This document shows, piece after piece, positions 20,325 through 30,467 of a DNA stretch of 64,000 nt. Source of the stretch: an uncultured Methanoregulaceae archaeon (GTDB taxonomy: Archaea; Halobacteriota; Methanomicrobia; Methanomicrobiales; Methanospirillaceae); the NCBI GenBank assembly GCA_963705255.1, contig OY970061.1:1664001-1728000 (forward strand), in the 5' to 3' direction. The translations under genes were made by a program, and so were the position numbers. Under the pieces are notes generated by a model. That model was not told where the DNA came from, searched no databases, and was given only the letters and a program-made list of their open reading frames with translations. Every line of letters begins with the position of its first letter. The first letter of the stretch is position 1.

Positions 20325-21164
20325 TCAGGATGAGTCGGGCGCCCGTCCCGTTTCAAGAAACGAGATCACGGTCCCGGCAACCTCGCCCGGGCACTGGTAC
20401 ATCAGCCCGTGCCCTGCCCCGCAGACAGGGACGACCTTCGCACCGGGAATGCGCCTCCCGAGCGTGAAGGAATTTTCCGCCGGGATGACAACGTCGTCCG
20501 TTCCGGTCAGGACAAGGGTCGGCGCACGGATCCCGGGAAGGCGGTCGTAACAGCCCGCCCACAAAAAGAATGCCGTGGCCTGCCGGGCAGCGCTCTCCTC
20601 ACCCGTCGTCTCGTACACCTCCGGGCAGTACTGCCACGGGTCATGGGTCGCCAGCCACTCCGCGGGGAAGAGGATGGAGAACATCCGGTCGGCCACGTCG
20701 GATGCCGTACCGCTCTTGTCCGAGAGCATGGCCCATACGCCGGGCTCCATCGGGGTCGCTTCCTTCCCGCCGCAGTTTCCCGAGACGAGAACCAGCTTCT
20801 CCGCGAGTTCCGGGCGGGCGAGGGCGAGTTCCAGGGCGACGCAGGCGCCCATCGAGTGGCCGAGCACGTGCGCCCGGGAGATGCCCAGGCAACCGAGAAT
20901 GGCGGCGGCGTCCTCCGCAAAGAGCGGGAGGGAGAACGGCGTCTCCGATGACGACGAATAACCGGTACCGCGGTGGTCGAAGATGATGACCCGGAAATGG
21001 TCCGAGAGGGCGGAGAGGAGCGCCGGGGCCCACATGTCCATCGTAGATGCAAAGCCGTTCAGGAGAATGAGAGGAAAACCGGTGCCGAGATCACGAAACG
21101 CGAGGGAGATCTCACCGGAGGTCGCGGACTTCAAAGGCAGGGATCTGATATCCGTTCCAGTCAT
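20325..21164 (-). CDS. Alpha/beta fold hydrolase
   Basis: Probable start MTGTDIRS at 21164; 'FDHRGTGYS', nucleophile elbow 'GHSMG', catalytic 'GAGHG'. Confidence 0.9.
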   Translation of the reverse strand: MTGTDIRSLPLKSATSGEISLAFRDLGTGFPLILLNGFASTMDMWAPALLSALSDHFRVIIFDHRGTGYSSSSETPFSLPLFAEDAAAILGCLGISRAHVLGHSMGACVALELALARPELAEKLVLVSGNCGGKEATPMEPGVWAMLSDKSGTASDVADRMFSILFPAEWLATHDPWQYCPEVYETTGEESAARQATAFFLWAGCYDRLPGIRAPTLVLTGTDDVVIPAENSFTLGRRIPGAKVVPVCGAGHGLMYQCPGEVAGTVISFLETGRAPDSS

Positions 21165-21287
21165 GCTATTCCCTTTATCGGGTGCAGGGCAGATATATCT
21201 GCGTTTTTCATAGAGAGCCGGACAACCGCTCCTGAGAGGCACACAATACTTATAGCCAAAGCCTGACGTTGTATGGGAAGTGAGCAG

Positions 21288-21851
21288 ATGAACCGACCAG
21301 CACTCCTGATCATCGATATGCAGAACGACTTCGTGCTTGAGGGAAGACCGCTCCGGGTGGCCCAGGGCCGGGCGGTGGTGCCGAAGATCCTCGAGGTCCT
21401 CACCCTGTTCCGGGAGAAGAAACTCCCCGTCTTCCACATCCTCCGGGTCCACCGGAAGGACGGCTCGGACGTAGAGATCATCCGGCAGGACCGGTTCCGG
21501 GAGCAGCCGTTTGCAGTAGAGGGGACGCACGGCGCCGCCGTGGTCGATGAACTCTCGCCCCTCCCCGGCGAGTACGTGATCCCGAAGATCCGGATGAGCG
21601 CGTTCATCGGCACGGAACTGGACCTGATGCTCCGGAACCTCGGCATCACGGACCTCGTCGTGACCGGGATCCAGACCCCCAACTGCATCCGCACCACGGT
21701 CTTCGATGCGATCGCGTACAACTACCCCGTCGTGCTGGTGGACGATGCCGTAGGGGCGCAGGACAATGGGATCCACAGCGCCAACGTGAGGGACATGGCC
21801 AATATCGGCGTCCGGATCCTGAAGGCCCGCGACCTGGCAGGCATCCTCTGA
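21288..21851 (+). CDS. Isochorismatase-family cysteine hydrolase
   Basis: 'ALLIIDMQNDF', 'KIRMSAFIGT', 'TGIQTPNCIRTT'. Confidence 0.92.
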   Translation: MNRPALLIIDMQNDFVLEGRPLRVAQGRAVVPKILEVLTLFREKKLPVFHILRVHRKDGSDVEIIRQDRFREQPFAVEGTHGAAVVDELSPLPGEYVIPKIRMSAFIGTELDLMLRNLGITDLVVTGIQTPNCIRTTVFDAIAYNYPVVLVDDAVGAQDNGIHSANVRDMANIGVRILKARDLAGIL

Positions 21852-21873
21852 CTGCGCACTTCAGGAACGGGAC

Positions 21874-22641
21874 ATGTTCTCCGGGTACGAATTCGCGATA
21901 GCAGGACTGGCAGCTGTAGCCGCCGGCATCATCAATGCCCTCGCAGGCGGCGGGACCCTCGTCTCGTTCCCCGCCCTCATCGCGCTCGGGATACCCGAAG
22001 TCGCTGCGAATATCACGAATACCGTGGCGCTCTGCCCGGGCTATTTCGGCGGCGCGATCGCCCAGCGGGAAGACCTCGCGGGGCAGGGACACCGCCTCCG
22101 GCTCCTCCTCCCTGCCGGCATCGCAGGTGGGATCGCCGGGGCTGTCCTGCTGCTCTCCATCCCCCCCCAGGTGTTCCGGGTGCTCGTCCCGTTCCTCATC
22201 CTGCTCGCAGCTCTCCTCCTGGCGGTGCAGGACCGGGTCAGGAGATGGGTACAGGAACGCAGCACCCACACGAATGACAAGGCGGACAGGGAGAGAAATG
22301 CGATTGTACCGCTCGGCATTGCCGCAGTCTACGGGGGCTATTTCGGCGCCGGAATGAGCGTCATCGTCCTCGCGGTGCTCGGGCTCTTCTTTGACGACAG
22401 CCTGACCCGGCTCAACGCGCTCAAGCAGTGCGTCTCCCTCTCAGTAAACGTGGCTGCAGCGGTCTTCTTCCTCTTCTCCGGCCTTGTCGTCTGGCCGGTT
22501 GCGCTGGTCATGGCAGCCGGGGCACTGGCCGGCGGGGCGATCGGGGGGAGGATTGCCGGACGGGTAAACCCGGAACACCTGCGGTGGACCATTGTCGTGA
22601 TCGGGGTTGCCGTCGGCATCATTTTCCTGCTGCAGATGTAG
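21874..22641 (+). CDS. TauE/SafE (TSUP) family transporter
   Basis: 'GIINALAGGGTLVSFPAL', 'YGGYFGAG', 'NALKQ'. Confidence 0.92.
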   Translation: MFSGYEFAIAGLAAVAAGIINALAGGGTLVSFPALIALGIPEVAANITNTVALCPGYFGGAIAQREDLAGQGHRLRLLLPAGIAGGIAGAVLLLSIPPQVFRVLVPFLILLAALLLAVQDRVRRWVQERSTHTNDKADRERNAIVPLGIAAVYGGYFGAGMSVIVLAVLGLFFDDSLTRLNALKQCVSLSVNVAAAVFFLFSGLVVWPVALVMAAGALAGGAIGGRIAGRVNPEHLRWTIVVIGVAVGIIFLLQM

Positions 22642-23151
22642 TCCTGCGGTGCGGTTTCCTCAGCTGGAGGTCTCATGAAATCCATCGCATGCTTTCCGGC
22701 GCCTGCCGGTGATCTCCGGGGTGTACCCTTCAGGTGCTGTTATCGGGTTCCCGGTACAAAACGAAAACCACGATTTTTTTTTACACATTGTTAACTGTGG
22801 AAAATATGCAAATGCCTAGCTTTGGCCCTCCATTTTTTACAAAAAATATTGCCCCCCAATCGGGTTATTGCGTTTTATTGGCAACATTATAATAACTGCA
22901 GGATCCCAGCAACTTTTTCCAGGGTTTTCTTACCGGTGTTTCTACTTATTTTATGACCTGTACTTTGCAGTTGAAGTATGTTCTCCCCTGCATCCATGGA
23001 TGGTTTATGCAGCAGCTCTCTGTTCTGATCTCATAGATTCCGTAAAGATAACGTTCTTTTTGCCACGCCCCAGTACCGCGGATAAAATATTTAATGTTTT
23101 ACAGGTATCCCTTTCATGAGATTAAGTTATATGCAGATATTTTCGGAAAAA

Positions 23152-23992
23152 ATGCCAGCAGAAAACAAGGTAGTAATCTCGGTCTCGGTAATCTCGATCA
23201 CTGTCTTTTTCTATATCATGCTGAGCGCCGACCTTCTCCCGTTGCTGGGCGTGCACCTCCCTCTTCTTCCATACATGTCGTACCTGAAAATGGGGTCGGC
23301 TACCCTGGCAGCTTTCTTCTGCTTCTGGTATTTCCGGGGCCTGCAGAATGCTCTCATCGGGTTTATTGGGATCTGCACACTGTTCTGGCTTCTCGAGTTC
23401 CTGAGCGGCCATATCGGTCTTTTTGGGGGGACGTATTCATATACCGAAGCATTCCCCGGCCCCTCAATTGGTGGAACACCCCTCCTGCTCGGGCTCGAGC
23501 ACTACGCCTATTACTTCTTCATGTCCTATTTCATCGCGAACCTTCTTGTGGACGGTGTCATCGTCTCGTCGCCGGAGAAGCTGGTGGAAGAGGGCGCTCT
23601 TTGTTTCGTTTATCTCAAGCGCTATCGTCATGGGGGTCGACATGATGGCAGACCCGGTGCAGGTGGATTTCTTCCAGCAGTGGCATTGGACCAACGCCTC
23701 GCCGTATTTCGGGATACCGTATGGCAATTATTTCGGGTACATCCTCATCTATACCATCATCCTGTTCGTGTTCAAGTACCTGGAGGTCAGGTTCCACGCA
23801 CGGGAGATAGGGCCGTCCGTCCTTGCAATAGCGCTCGTACCTTTGATTATGCATTTCTCCAGATTTTTGGAGTATGCGTCAACCGAGCTTCCGGGTCTGA
23901 CGATTATCGGGTGTTTTACCATGCTGCTGCCCTGCATACTGGCATCTGACAGGCTGCTTCTTTATTTCAGGAAGATACTCAAGGAAGAGTAA
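23152..23992 (+). CDS. Carotenoid biosynthesis CruF/DUF422-like membrane protein (indel near 23580)
   Basis: 'LLEFL...GLFGGTYSY...GP.IGGTPL' then, in the next frame, 'DMMADPV...WHW...YFGIPYGNYFGY', the DUF422 motifs. Confidence 0.7.
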
Positions 23993-24080
23993 CACTGGGA
24001 TTGTGGGTGATACTGCCTGCGAACTGGTAGCGCAGAAACGGTAAACAAACGATTTTTTTTTAAAAAACCCCTTAAAAAAA

Positions 24081-24626
24081 TTATAATGCCAGGTCCCAGC
24101 GTTCTTCCAGAATTTTTTCACCCCAGTCAGTATTTTCGTGCGTGCCCGTGATACGGAATCCCATGCTGTGATACAGATGTCGTGCAGCCATGAGCGTACT
24201 GAAGGTCCATAAAAACACCCGTTCATAGCACCTCTCTTTACAAAAATCGATGGCCATGTCCATGAGCAGGCGCCCGGCACCCCGTCCCCTCACTGCAGGC
24301 TCCAGGAAGAAGAATCGTAATTGTGCTGTGGCCTCGCCCGCGTGAGTGACAGCAACACAGCCTGAGGGAACCCCCTCGTTCTCAAGAATATACATGCAGT
24401 CCCTTTCGGGATCAAACTGTTGTACAAAAGTATGAACACCACCGGTCAGGTACGCTTTCCAGACTTCCGAGCTCAATCCATATTCTGATTTATACAGTGC
24501 CAGCTGACGAGATGGCACAAAATCCAGATCAGACCCGGTAAACGATCTGATCGTAACCGGGGGGATCGTCCGGGCACCTTGCCTTTTTCCTGCAGGGACA
24601 GGGGTATGGATTTCTCCTGCATTCAT
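24081..24626 (-). CDS. GNAT family N-acetyltransferase
   Basis: 'AQLRFFFLEPAVRGRGAGRLL', 'AARHLYHSMGF'. Confidence 0.9.
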   Translation of the reverse strand: MNAGEIHTPVPAGKRQGARTIPPVTIRSFTGSDLDFVPSRQLALYKSEYGLSSEVWKAYLTGGVHTFVQQFDPERDCMYILENEGVPSGCVAVTHAGEATAQLRFFFLEPAVRGRGAGRLLMDMAIDFCKERCYERVFLWTFSTLMAARHLYHSMGFRITGTHENTDWGEKILEERWDLAL

Positions 24627-24790
24627 CCGTGTCAATGAACCGTTATCTGCCGGTTCAACCGATAACCATTACGATGAGAAAGAGGAAAAGCCGGTAAATT
24701 TTGTCTTTTTACCTTCATATCAGAAGGAGTGCATCTGAAATTTTTTAACTCACGGTCAACAGGGTGTTGTTAAAAAAAAGTGACGGAAGA

Positions 24791-25567
24791 TTAGAGCGCG
24801 GCCACCAGCGAACTGCGGGTGACGATCCCGAAGAGCTTCCCCTTGTCCATGACGGGGACCGAGCTGATATTCTTCCTGAGCATCATACCCACGACATCCG
24901 AAACCGGTGCTGTCCTCTCCACGGAGAGCAGGGGAGTGCTCATGATGTCCTTGACGAGCATGTTCCGGATCCGGTGGTCCTGGTGGTTGTCCGTCACCGA
25001 CTCCCGGAACCTGCGCATCGCGATGGCGACGTCGGTCTCGGTCACGATGCCGGTGTACTTCTCGTTCTCGGAGACCACGAACCGGGTGATATTGTCGTCG
25101 AGCATCCTCCGCCTGAGGTGGACGACCCGCTCGTCCGCCTCGATGGTCACGACTTTCTCTATGGCAGGATCCAGGCCATCTGCCGGCGGGAACTTCTTCA
25201 GCAGGTCACCCGCGGTGACCTGCCCGATGAGCTTGTGGTCGGCGTCGTACACGACCACGAGTTTGTACCGCTGGAGGAGCGGGATGAGCACGTTGATGCT
25301 CTCGTCCGGATAGACGCTGGTGAAATCCTCCTCTACCACGCTTGCCACGTGGATGGCAGCCGGTGCAATGACGGAGTTCTGCCTGCTGCCCAGCTTTTCC
25401 GCGATCGCGTGCCGGGAGACCGTCCCGACAACCGAGTTATTATTGACCGCGATGAGGGGATCGATCCCTTCTGCAAGCATCTTATCGAGCGCTTCGGTTA
25501 TCTTTGCTGATTTTGCTATGGTTGCCGGTTTTACCATTACATCCCTGATAAAAACATCTTTTGTCAT
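24791..25567 (-). CDS. CBS domain protein (4 CBS)
   Basis: Repeated 'RDVM', 'KDIMS.P', 'VPV....GIVT' CBS motifs. Confidence 0.9.
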   Translation of the reverse strand: MTKDVFIRDVMVKPATIAKSAKITEALDKMLAEGIDPLIAVNNNSVVGTVSRHAIAEKLGSRQNSVIAPAAIHVASVVEEDFTSVYPDESINVLIPLLQRYKLVVVYDADHKLIGQVTAGDLLKKFPPADGLDPAIEKVVTIEADERVVHLRRRMLDDNITRFVVSENEKYTGIVTETDVAIAMRRFRESVTDNHQDHRIRNMLVKDIMSTPLLSVERTAPVSDVVGMMLRKNISSVPVMDKGKLFGIVTRSSLVAAL

Positions 25568-26412
25568 TTGGCCACTTCCTTTATGATATCATCGCGTTTC
25601 ATGATCCCGTAAATTGAGTCCTTCTCCATGACAACGAGGCTGTTGACATGGTGTTTTGCCATCAGTGCTATTGCTTCGGGGAGCGGGGTCGCTGCCGGGA
25701 CGGTGATGACGGGGGTCGTCATCACGTCCTCCGCAGTCACCGATGCAACCACGAGCATGCCCTGCCCGCTCGACCCGTCCGCCCTTTCACGCCGTGTTAT
25801 CGTTACATCTTTTCCAACCACACCTGAGATCTTTGGTTCGTCGTCGAAGAACGCGAGGTTCGTCTCGGTGACGATGCCGGCAAGCGTGCCGTCGTCGTTC
25901 AGCACGAGCACCTTGTCATCGCGCTCCCGCATCACGTTGATCACGTGTTCGAGCGAGTGGTAGCGGCTGACTGTCGCCACATCCTCCATCACGTCCCCGA
26001 CCGTGCAGTTCAGTTCCCGGACGAGGACGGATTTCATCAGATCGCTCTTGGTCACGATGCCGGTCACAGCACAATCCTCCACGACCGGCACGCTGCTGAG
26101 GTTCCGGTCAACGAAGATCCGTGCGATCTCGCGCACCCCGGTATCCGGGGAGACCACGACCGGGCCGGAGCTCGCAAGCGCCCCAACGGGGATGCGGTCG
26201 AGCGGGCGCCGCCTCCAGGCAGGCTCTCCCTGGCGCAACCGGTAGGCGATGTCCTTCTTCGTAATGATCCCAACAAGCTTACCCCCGTCCATGACCGGGA
26301 GGCGCGAGATATGGTGCCGGACCATCAGGTTCCGCGCATGGGCTACCGTAGCATTGGGGTCGACAACATACACCGGCGCGGTCATCACATCGCGTGCGAA
26401 CATGGCAGTCAC
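25564..26412 (-). CDS. CBS domain protein (4 CBS)
   Basis: 'RDVMTAPV', 'ISRLPV...GIITKKDI'; 4-nt overlap with neighbours. Confidence 0.9.
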   Translation of the reverse strand: MTAMFARDVMTAPVYVVDPNATVAHARNLMVRHHISRLPVMDGGKLVGIITKKDIAYRLRQGEPAWRRRPLDRIPVGALASSGPVVVSPDTGVREIARIFVDRNLSSVPVVEDCAVTGIVTKSDLMKSVLVRELNCTVGDVMEDVATVSRYHSLEHVINVMRERDDKVLVLNDDGTLAGIVTETNLAFFDDEPKISGVVGKDVTITRRERADGSSGQGMLVVASVTAEDVMTTPVITVPAATPLPEAIALMAKHHVNSLVVMEKDSIYGIMKRDDIIKEVAK

Positions 26413-27356
26413 TCCTTTGCAAATGCCCGTACGAGGTCGAACTCGGTCACGAGCCCGATCAGCCGGGAGTCCTCGATCACGGGCAACGCGCCGACGTTCC
26501 TCTCCAGCATCTCGCGGGCCGCCTCGTTGATGCTCTTCTCCGGGTTCGTGGTGTAGAGCCCGCCTGCTACCAGTGTGCGGACCGCGAGGCCGGTCACCTC
26601 CGCGACATTCCCGGTCGTGAGCCGGGAGAAGACCTCCCTGCTCCCGAGGTAGCGCATGATATCCGTGGCGGTCACGATCCCGTAGAGCACATCATTGCTC
26701 ACCACCGGCAGCCGCCGGAAGCGGTACCTGGTCATGTCCTGGGTGACCGTCGAGATCGGGCGGTCGGGCGAAGTGACCCGGAGCGACGAGCTCATTACGT
26801 CCTTGACCCGGAGGGAACTTCTCTCCGAACCGAGCACCTGGAGCACGTCGCGTTCGGTGACGATCCCCGCGAGCACTCCGTCTTTGTCCACGATCGGGAG
26901 CCCCCCGATCTTTTTTCCGATGATCAAGTCGACCGCGTCCCGGATGCAGGCATCGTGGGGCAGGGTCGTGACCTGCTGGGTCATGATGGTCCGCACGTTC
27001 TCGTTCACCGCAGCGATCAGGTTCCCGTTGTGCCGTACCTGGACGAGCTGGTACTTGTCGCCCCCGCCCATGAAGTTGATCACGTCTCCAGAAGTGATGA
27101 TCCCCCGGAGTCTCTTCGTGCCGGGATCCGTGACGGGGAGACGCCGGAAACCGCACTTCGTCATCTGTTCCACGGCCGCCATGATGGTCTGGGTCGGCGG
27201 GACGGAACTGACCTCACGTGTGGCGATCGCCATGATCTCTCCTTCCTGTTCGGCGATATGGGACTTGAACTCCACCGGGCCCCGGTCGAGTTTTCCCTGC
27301 ATCTTCAGGAGCCTGTCCCCCTGCTTGATGCCACGATCATTCTGCTGCATTATCAC
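26409..27356 (-). CDS. CBS domain protein (4 CBS, MJ1225-like)
   Basis: 'GFRRLPVTD', 'GIITSGDVINFMGGG', 'IGGLPIVD', 'GLVTEFDL'. Confidence 0.9.
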   Translation of the reverse strand: MIMQQNDRGIKQGDRLLKMQGKLDRGPVEFKSHIAEQEGEIMAIATREVSSVPPTQTIMAAVEQMTKCGFRRLPVTDPGTKRLRGIITSGDVINFMGGGDKYQLVQVRHNGNLIAAVNENVRTIMTQQVTTLPHDACIRDAVDLIIGKKIGGLPIVDKDGVLAGIVTERDVLQVLGSERSSLRVKDVMSSSLRVTSPDRPISTVTQDMTRYRFRRLPVVSNDVLYGIVTATDIMRYLGSREVFSRLTTGNVAEVTGLAVRTLVAGGLYTTNPEKSINEAAREMLERNVGALPVIEDSRLIGLVTEFDLVRAFAKE

Positions 27357-27452
27357 CCTCCGAAGGGTTGGTGACCCTTTCCCTGCTAGATCCCATGCGG
27401 AACCGTTCAGCGGTTGCCGGGGGTCCTTCTCTCTTCTCCGCTGGTCTTTCGT

Positions 27453-28202
27453 TCACGCGAGCGCTGCCAGGACGTCATGGCGGTTCACGACCCCGACAAG
27501 CTCTCCCTCTTCCAGGACGGGCAGCAGGCTGACGTCGTGCTTCACGAGCAGTTCTGCTGCAGTCGCGATATCCTCGCCGGGCCCGATCGTGACCACGTCC
27601 GTGGTCATCGCGTTCTCGATGGTCGTATGGGCATGGTGGGCGATCGCCGACCGCACCCGGCGGCTGCCGATCAGGTCGCGCCTCGAGATTATCCCGACCA
27701 GCTGCTTCTTCCTGACGACCGGGAAGACATAAAAGCCGCTCTCTACGATCATCGGGCAGATCTTCTGGAGCTCCTCGGCCGGGCTGACGGTGACCACTTT
27801 CCCGGACATCCGGGAACCGACCGTGCCGTGGAGTTCGTTGCGCGAGATGATGACCGGGAACAGGTCGGCGAGGAGGATCCCCCCCACGAGGTGCGGCTTC
27901 GGGCTGACGATCGCTGCACTGTCGGTACGGAACTCCTTCATCGTCTTTGCCACCTGCTCGATCGAGTCCGTGGGGCTGGCGGAGGGCGCTTCCCTCACGA
28001 ACCCCTCGACGGTCACGTTCGATTTTGTCGCGGTCACCCGCAGGCTGTCCCTGATGTCGATGTAGCCGAGCAGGTTCTTCTTCGCATCGACAACATAGAC
28101 CTCGCGGAAACGGTCATCTCTCAAGATCTGCCGTGCCCTGGTTATCAGGTCGTTGTATTTCAGCACAGGGATCTCAAGGATGAAATCCTGTGCTGTCCTC
28201 AT
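27453..28202 (-). CDS. CBS domain protein (4 CBS)
   Basis: 'FPVV...GIISRRDL', 'LLPVL...GVVNRHDV'. Confidence 0.9.
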   Translation of the reverse strand: MRTAQDFILEIPVLKYNDLITRARQILRDDRFREVYVVDAKKNLLGYIDIRDSLRVTATKSNVTVEGFVREAPSASPTDSIEQVAKTMKEFRTDSAAIVSPKPHLVGGILLADLFPVIISRNELHGTVGSRMSGKVVTVSPAEELQKICPMIVESGFYVFPVVRKKQLVGIISRRDLIGSRRVRSAIAHHAHTTIENAMTTDVVTIGPGEDIATAAELLVKHDVSLLPVLEEGELVGVVNRHDVLAALA

Positions 28203-28765
28203 GTGATATTTTCCTCCTCACGGCAGCGGGGGCAAAGCATGACATTGTCCACCCGCTTGAGATCATCAGACATCTGGCTGCAGCGGTTGCACATGCCCTG
28301 CTCGACGATCTCTTCCCGGTTGATCTCGATGAGATCGGTCAGGAGTTCGTTGAGTTCGTTGGAGACGGTAAGGAGGTCCCGCACGGTCACGATGCCGATC
28401 ACGTTCTTGTGCTCGTCCACGACCGGTAGTCTCCTTACCTTATGCTTCACCATCATACGGGCAGCGTCTGCTACAGTCTTCTCCGCACTCACCGTAATGA
28501 GTGGCGTGCTCATGATTTCGTTTACATGTACAGAACTCGGTTTGAAGTCCCTGGCCACGACCTTGCAGGCGAGGTCTTCCTCGGTTACGATGCCGATTGG
28601 CTTGTTGTTCCTGAGGATGATGACGCTCCCGACCTCCTCGTTGCACATGGCTTTTGCCGCTTTTGCAGCCGTTGCCTCGATGCTGATCATGATCGGGTTC
28701 TTCTTCATGACCTCCCTGATCTGGACACGGGTTTCAAACCGGATAGCATTGGATGTCTTTTTCAT
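28199..28765 (-). CDS. CBS pair protein with C-terminal Zn-ribbon
   Basis: Two CBS motifs followed by 'CNRC...CPRC'. Confidence 0.9.
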   Translation of the reverse strand: MKKTSNAIRFETRVQIREVMKKNPIMISIEATAAKAAKAMCNEEVGSVIILRNNKPIGIVTEEDLACKVVARDFKPSSVHVNEIMSTPLITVSAEKTVADAARMMVKHKVRRLPVVDEHKNVIGIVTVRDLLTVSNELNELLTDLIEINREEIVEQGMCNRCSQMSDDLKRVDNVMLCPRCREEENIT

Positions 28766-29013
28766 GAGTCACCTCCTTGAAGTGCTTGCTGATGATTACA
28801 ATTAGCATACTCCCTCCCCTTGTATAAAAACAATGTGGCAGAGGCAGATCCCCGATGCTGCACAGTAATACTGGTGCACCCGGGAGGTACTTTACCGGCG
28901 GGTGCGGCTCATCCGGGATAAGAAACATAATAAACAGCGTATTCTATACATTACTAACGAATGATGGTGAATCCGTTGTACCCGAGTACAATACTTTGCC
29001 AACGAGGTGGAAA

Positions 29014-29666
29014 GTGAAGATATTTTATCAGACCTTTGGTACGGCAAAAAAGAAATTTTCAAACTTCCTCAACAGATTTTTCAAGAAGAAGAAGACCCGG
29101 ATCGGTATTTACGGTCCCCCCAATGCAGGAAAGACGACGCTGGCGAACCGCATCGCCCGGGACTGGACTGGGGATGCCGTCGGCCCGGTAAGCGAGATCC
29201 CCCACGAGACCCGGAGGGCACGCAAGAAGGAGGATATCATCATCTCCGGCGCGAACGGCAACACGATCACCATCGATATCGTGGACACCCCGGGGGTCAC
29301 CACCAGGATCGATTACCACGAGTTTCTCGAGTTCGGGATGGAGAAGGAGGAGTCGATCATCCGGGCCCGGGAAGCAACCGAGGGCGTTGCCGAGGCGATG
29401 CACTGGCTGCGCGAGGACATCGACGGCGTGGTCTACATGCTGGACTCGACCCTCGATCCCTTCCTTCAGGTCAACATCATGATGATCGGGATCATCGAGG
29501 CCCGCAACCTGCCGGTCATCATCGTGGCAAACAAGATCGACCTTCCCGACGCGGCCCCGGTCGGATCCGCAGCGCCTTCCCCCAGCACCCGGTCGTCGCG
29601 ATCTCGGGCCTCGAGGGGCGGAACGTGGAAACCCTGTACGAGACCATGCTCGAATACTTCGGGTGA
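29014..29666 (+). CDS. Era-like small GTP-binding protein, OapA-like (indel near 29558)
   Basis: G1 'GPPNAGKT', G3 'DTPG', G4 'NKID'; the C-terminus 'RIRSAFPQHPVVAISGLEG' lies in a shifted frame; GTG start after GAGGTGG RBS. Confidence 0.88.
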
Positions 29667-29671
29667 GCGGT

Positions 29672-30070
29672 ATGCCGCACAAGTGTACGAAATGCGGGCG
29701 GGAGTACAAGGACGGGTCGACCGAGATCCTGAAAGGGTGCGCAAGCTGCGGCGGCAAGAAGTTCCTCTACATCAAGGAAGCAGAGATCAACAGGGACGTG
29801 CTCGAGGAGAAGTCCATCGACGAGATCGCCGAGGAGACACACGAGGAGGTCCTCGAAGTCGTCGAGCCGAAGGCAAAGAAGGAGGTCGAGATGTACGACC
29901 GGGTGGAGACCATCCGGATCGTCTCCCCCGGCTCTTACGAGATCAACCTCGAGAAGATGGCGCAGACCGATGAGCGGATCGTGAGCGTGGGAAAAGAGGG
30001 GAGTTATATCATCGATCTGATGTCGATGGCAAAGGACGAGCCGAAGAAGAAGAAGCACCGGAAGAAGTGA
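29672..30070 (+). CDS. Zn-ribbon protein, OapC/COG3364-like
   Basis: 'MPHKCTKCG...ILKGCASCGGKKF', 'ETIRIVSPGSYEINL'. Confidence 0.88.
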   Translation: MPHKCTKCGREYKDGSTEILKGCASCGGKKFLYIKEAEINRDVLEEKSIDEIAEETHEEVLEVVEPKAKKEVEMYDRVETIRIVSPGSYEINLEKMAQTDERIVSVGKEGSYIIDLMSMAKDEPKKKKHRKK

Positions 30071-30142
30071 GGATTGCTTCTTCTTAGAGATCTTTTCCAA
30101 AATTTTTTCAATTCAGTTAAATTTTGACCTTTTTAAGGAGAA

Positions 30143-30400
30143 TGCTGTTCCCGAAGGGAAGAGCAGTCTGGAGAATGCCGCATCTCATCAGAGATGTGGC
30201 AGAGGGATTTGAAAAATCCCTCTTGTCGAAAGTCATCAGACTTGAGACATGAGAAGACCGTAGGTCTTTGAAGAAGCCGTAAGGGTTCTTCGACCTGCTG
30301 GTGGCACAAGAGGGGGGCCGGATGAAAATACCTTAGCAAAACCGACAGGAATCAGTCGTCGCATCAGCAAGGAGTAATTCGACTAGCCATCAGGCTTCGA
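30143..30400. repeat. Intergenic array of at least 6 short hairpins (REP/BIME-like)
   Basis: TTCCC-GAA-GGGAA, GCCGCATCTC-ATCA-GAGATGTGGC, AGAGGGATTT-GAA-AAATCCCTCT, AAGTC-ATCA-GACTT, AAGACC-GTA-GGTCTT, GAAGAAGCC-GTAA-GGGTTCTTC, AGCC-ATCA-GGCT. Confidence 0.75.
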
Positions 30401-30467
30401 CTCGTTTTGCGCGTGTGAAATCGTTACGGTTGAGTGCCTGTTTGTCTCACCCGATCATCAGGTTTTG

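Noticed and set aside
28855-29973. 372-aa GTPase with long Arg-rich tail
   Set aside because: The tail is an out-of-frame read of the true C-terminus and the Zn-ribbon gene after an indel near 29558.
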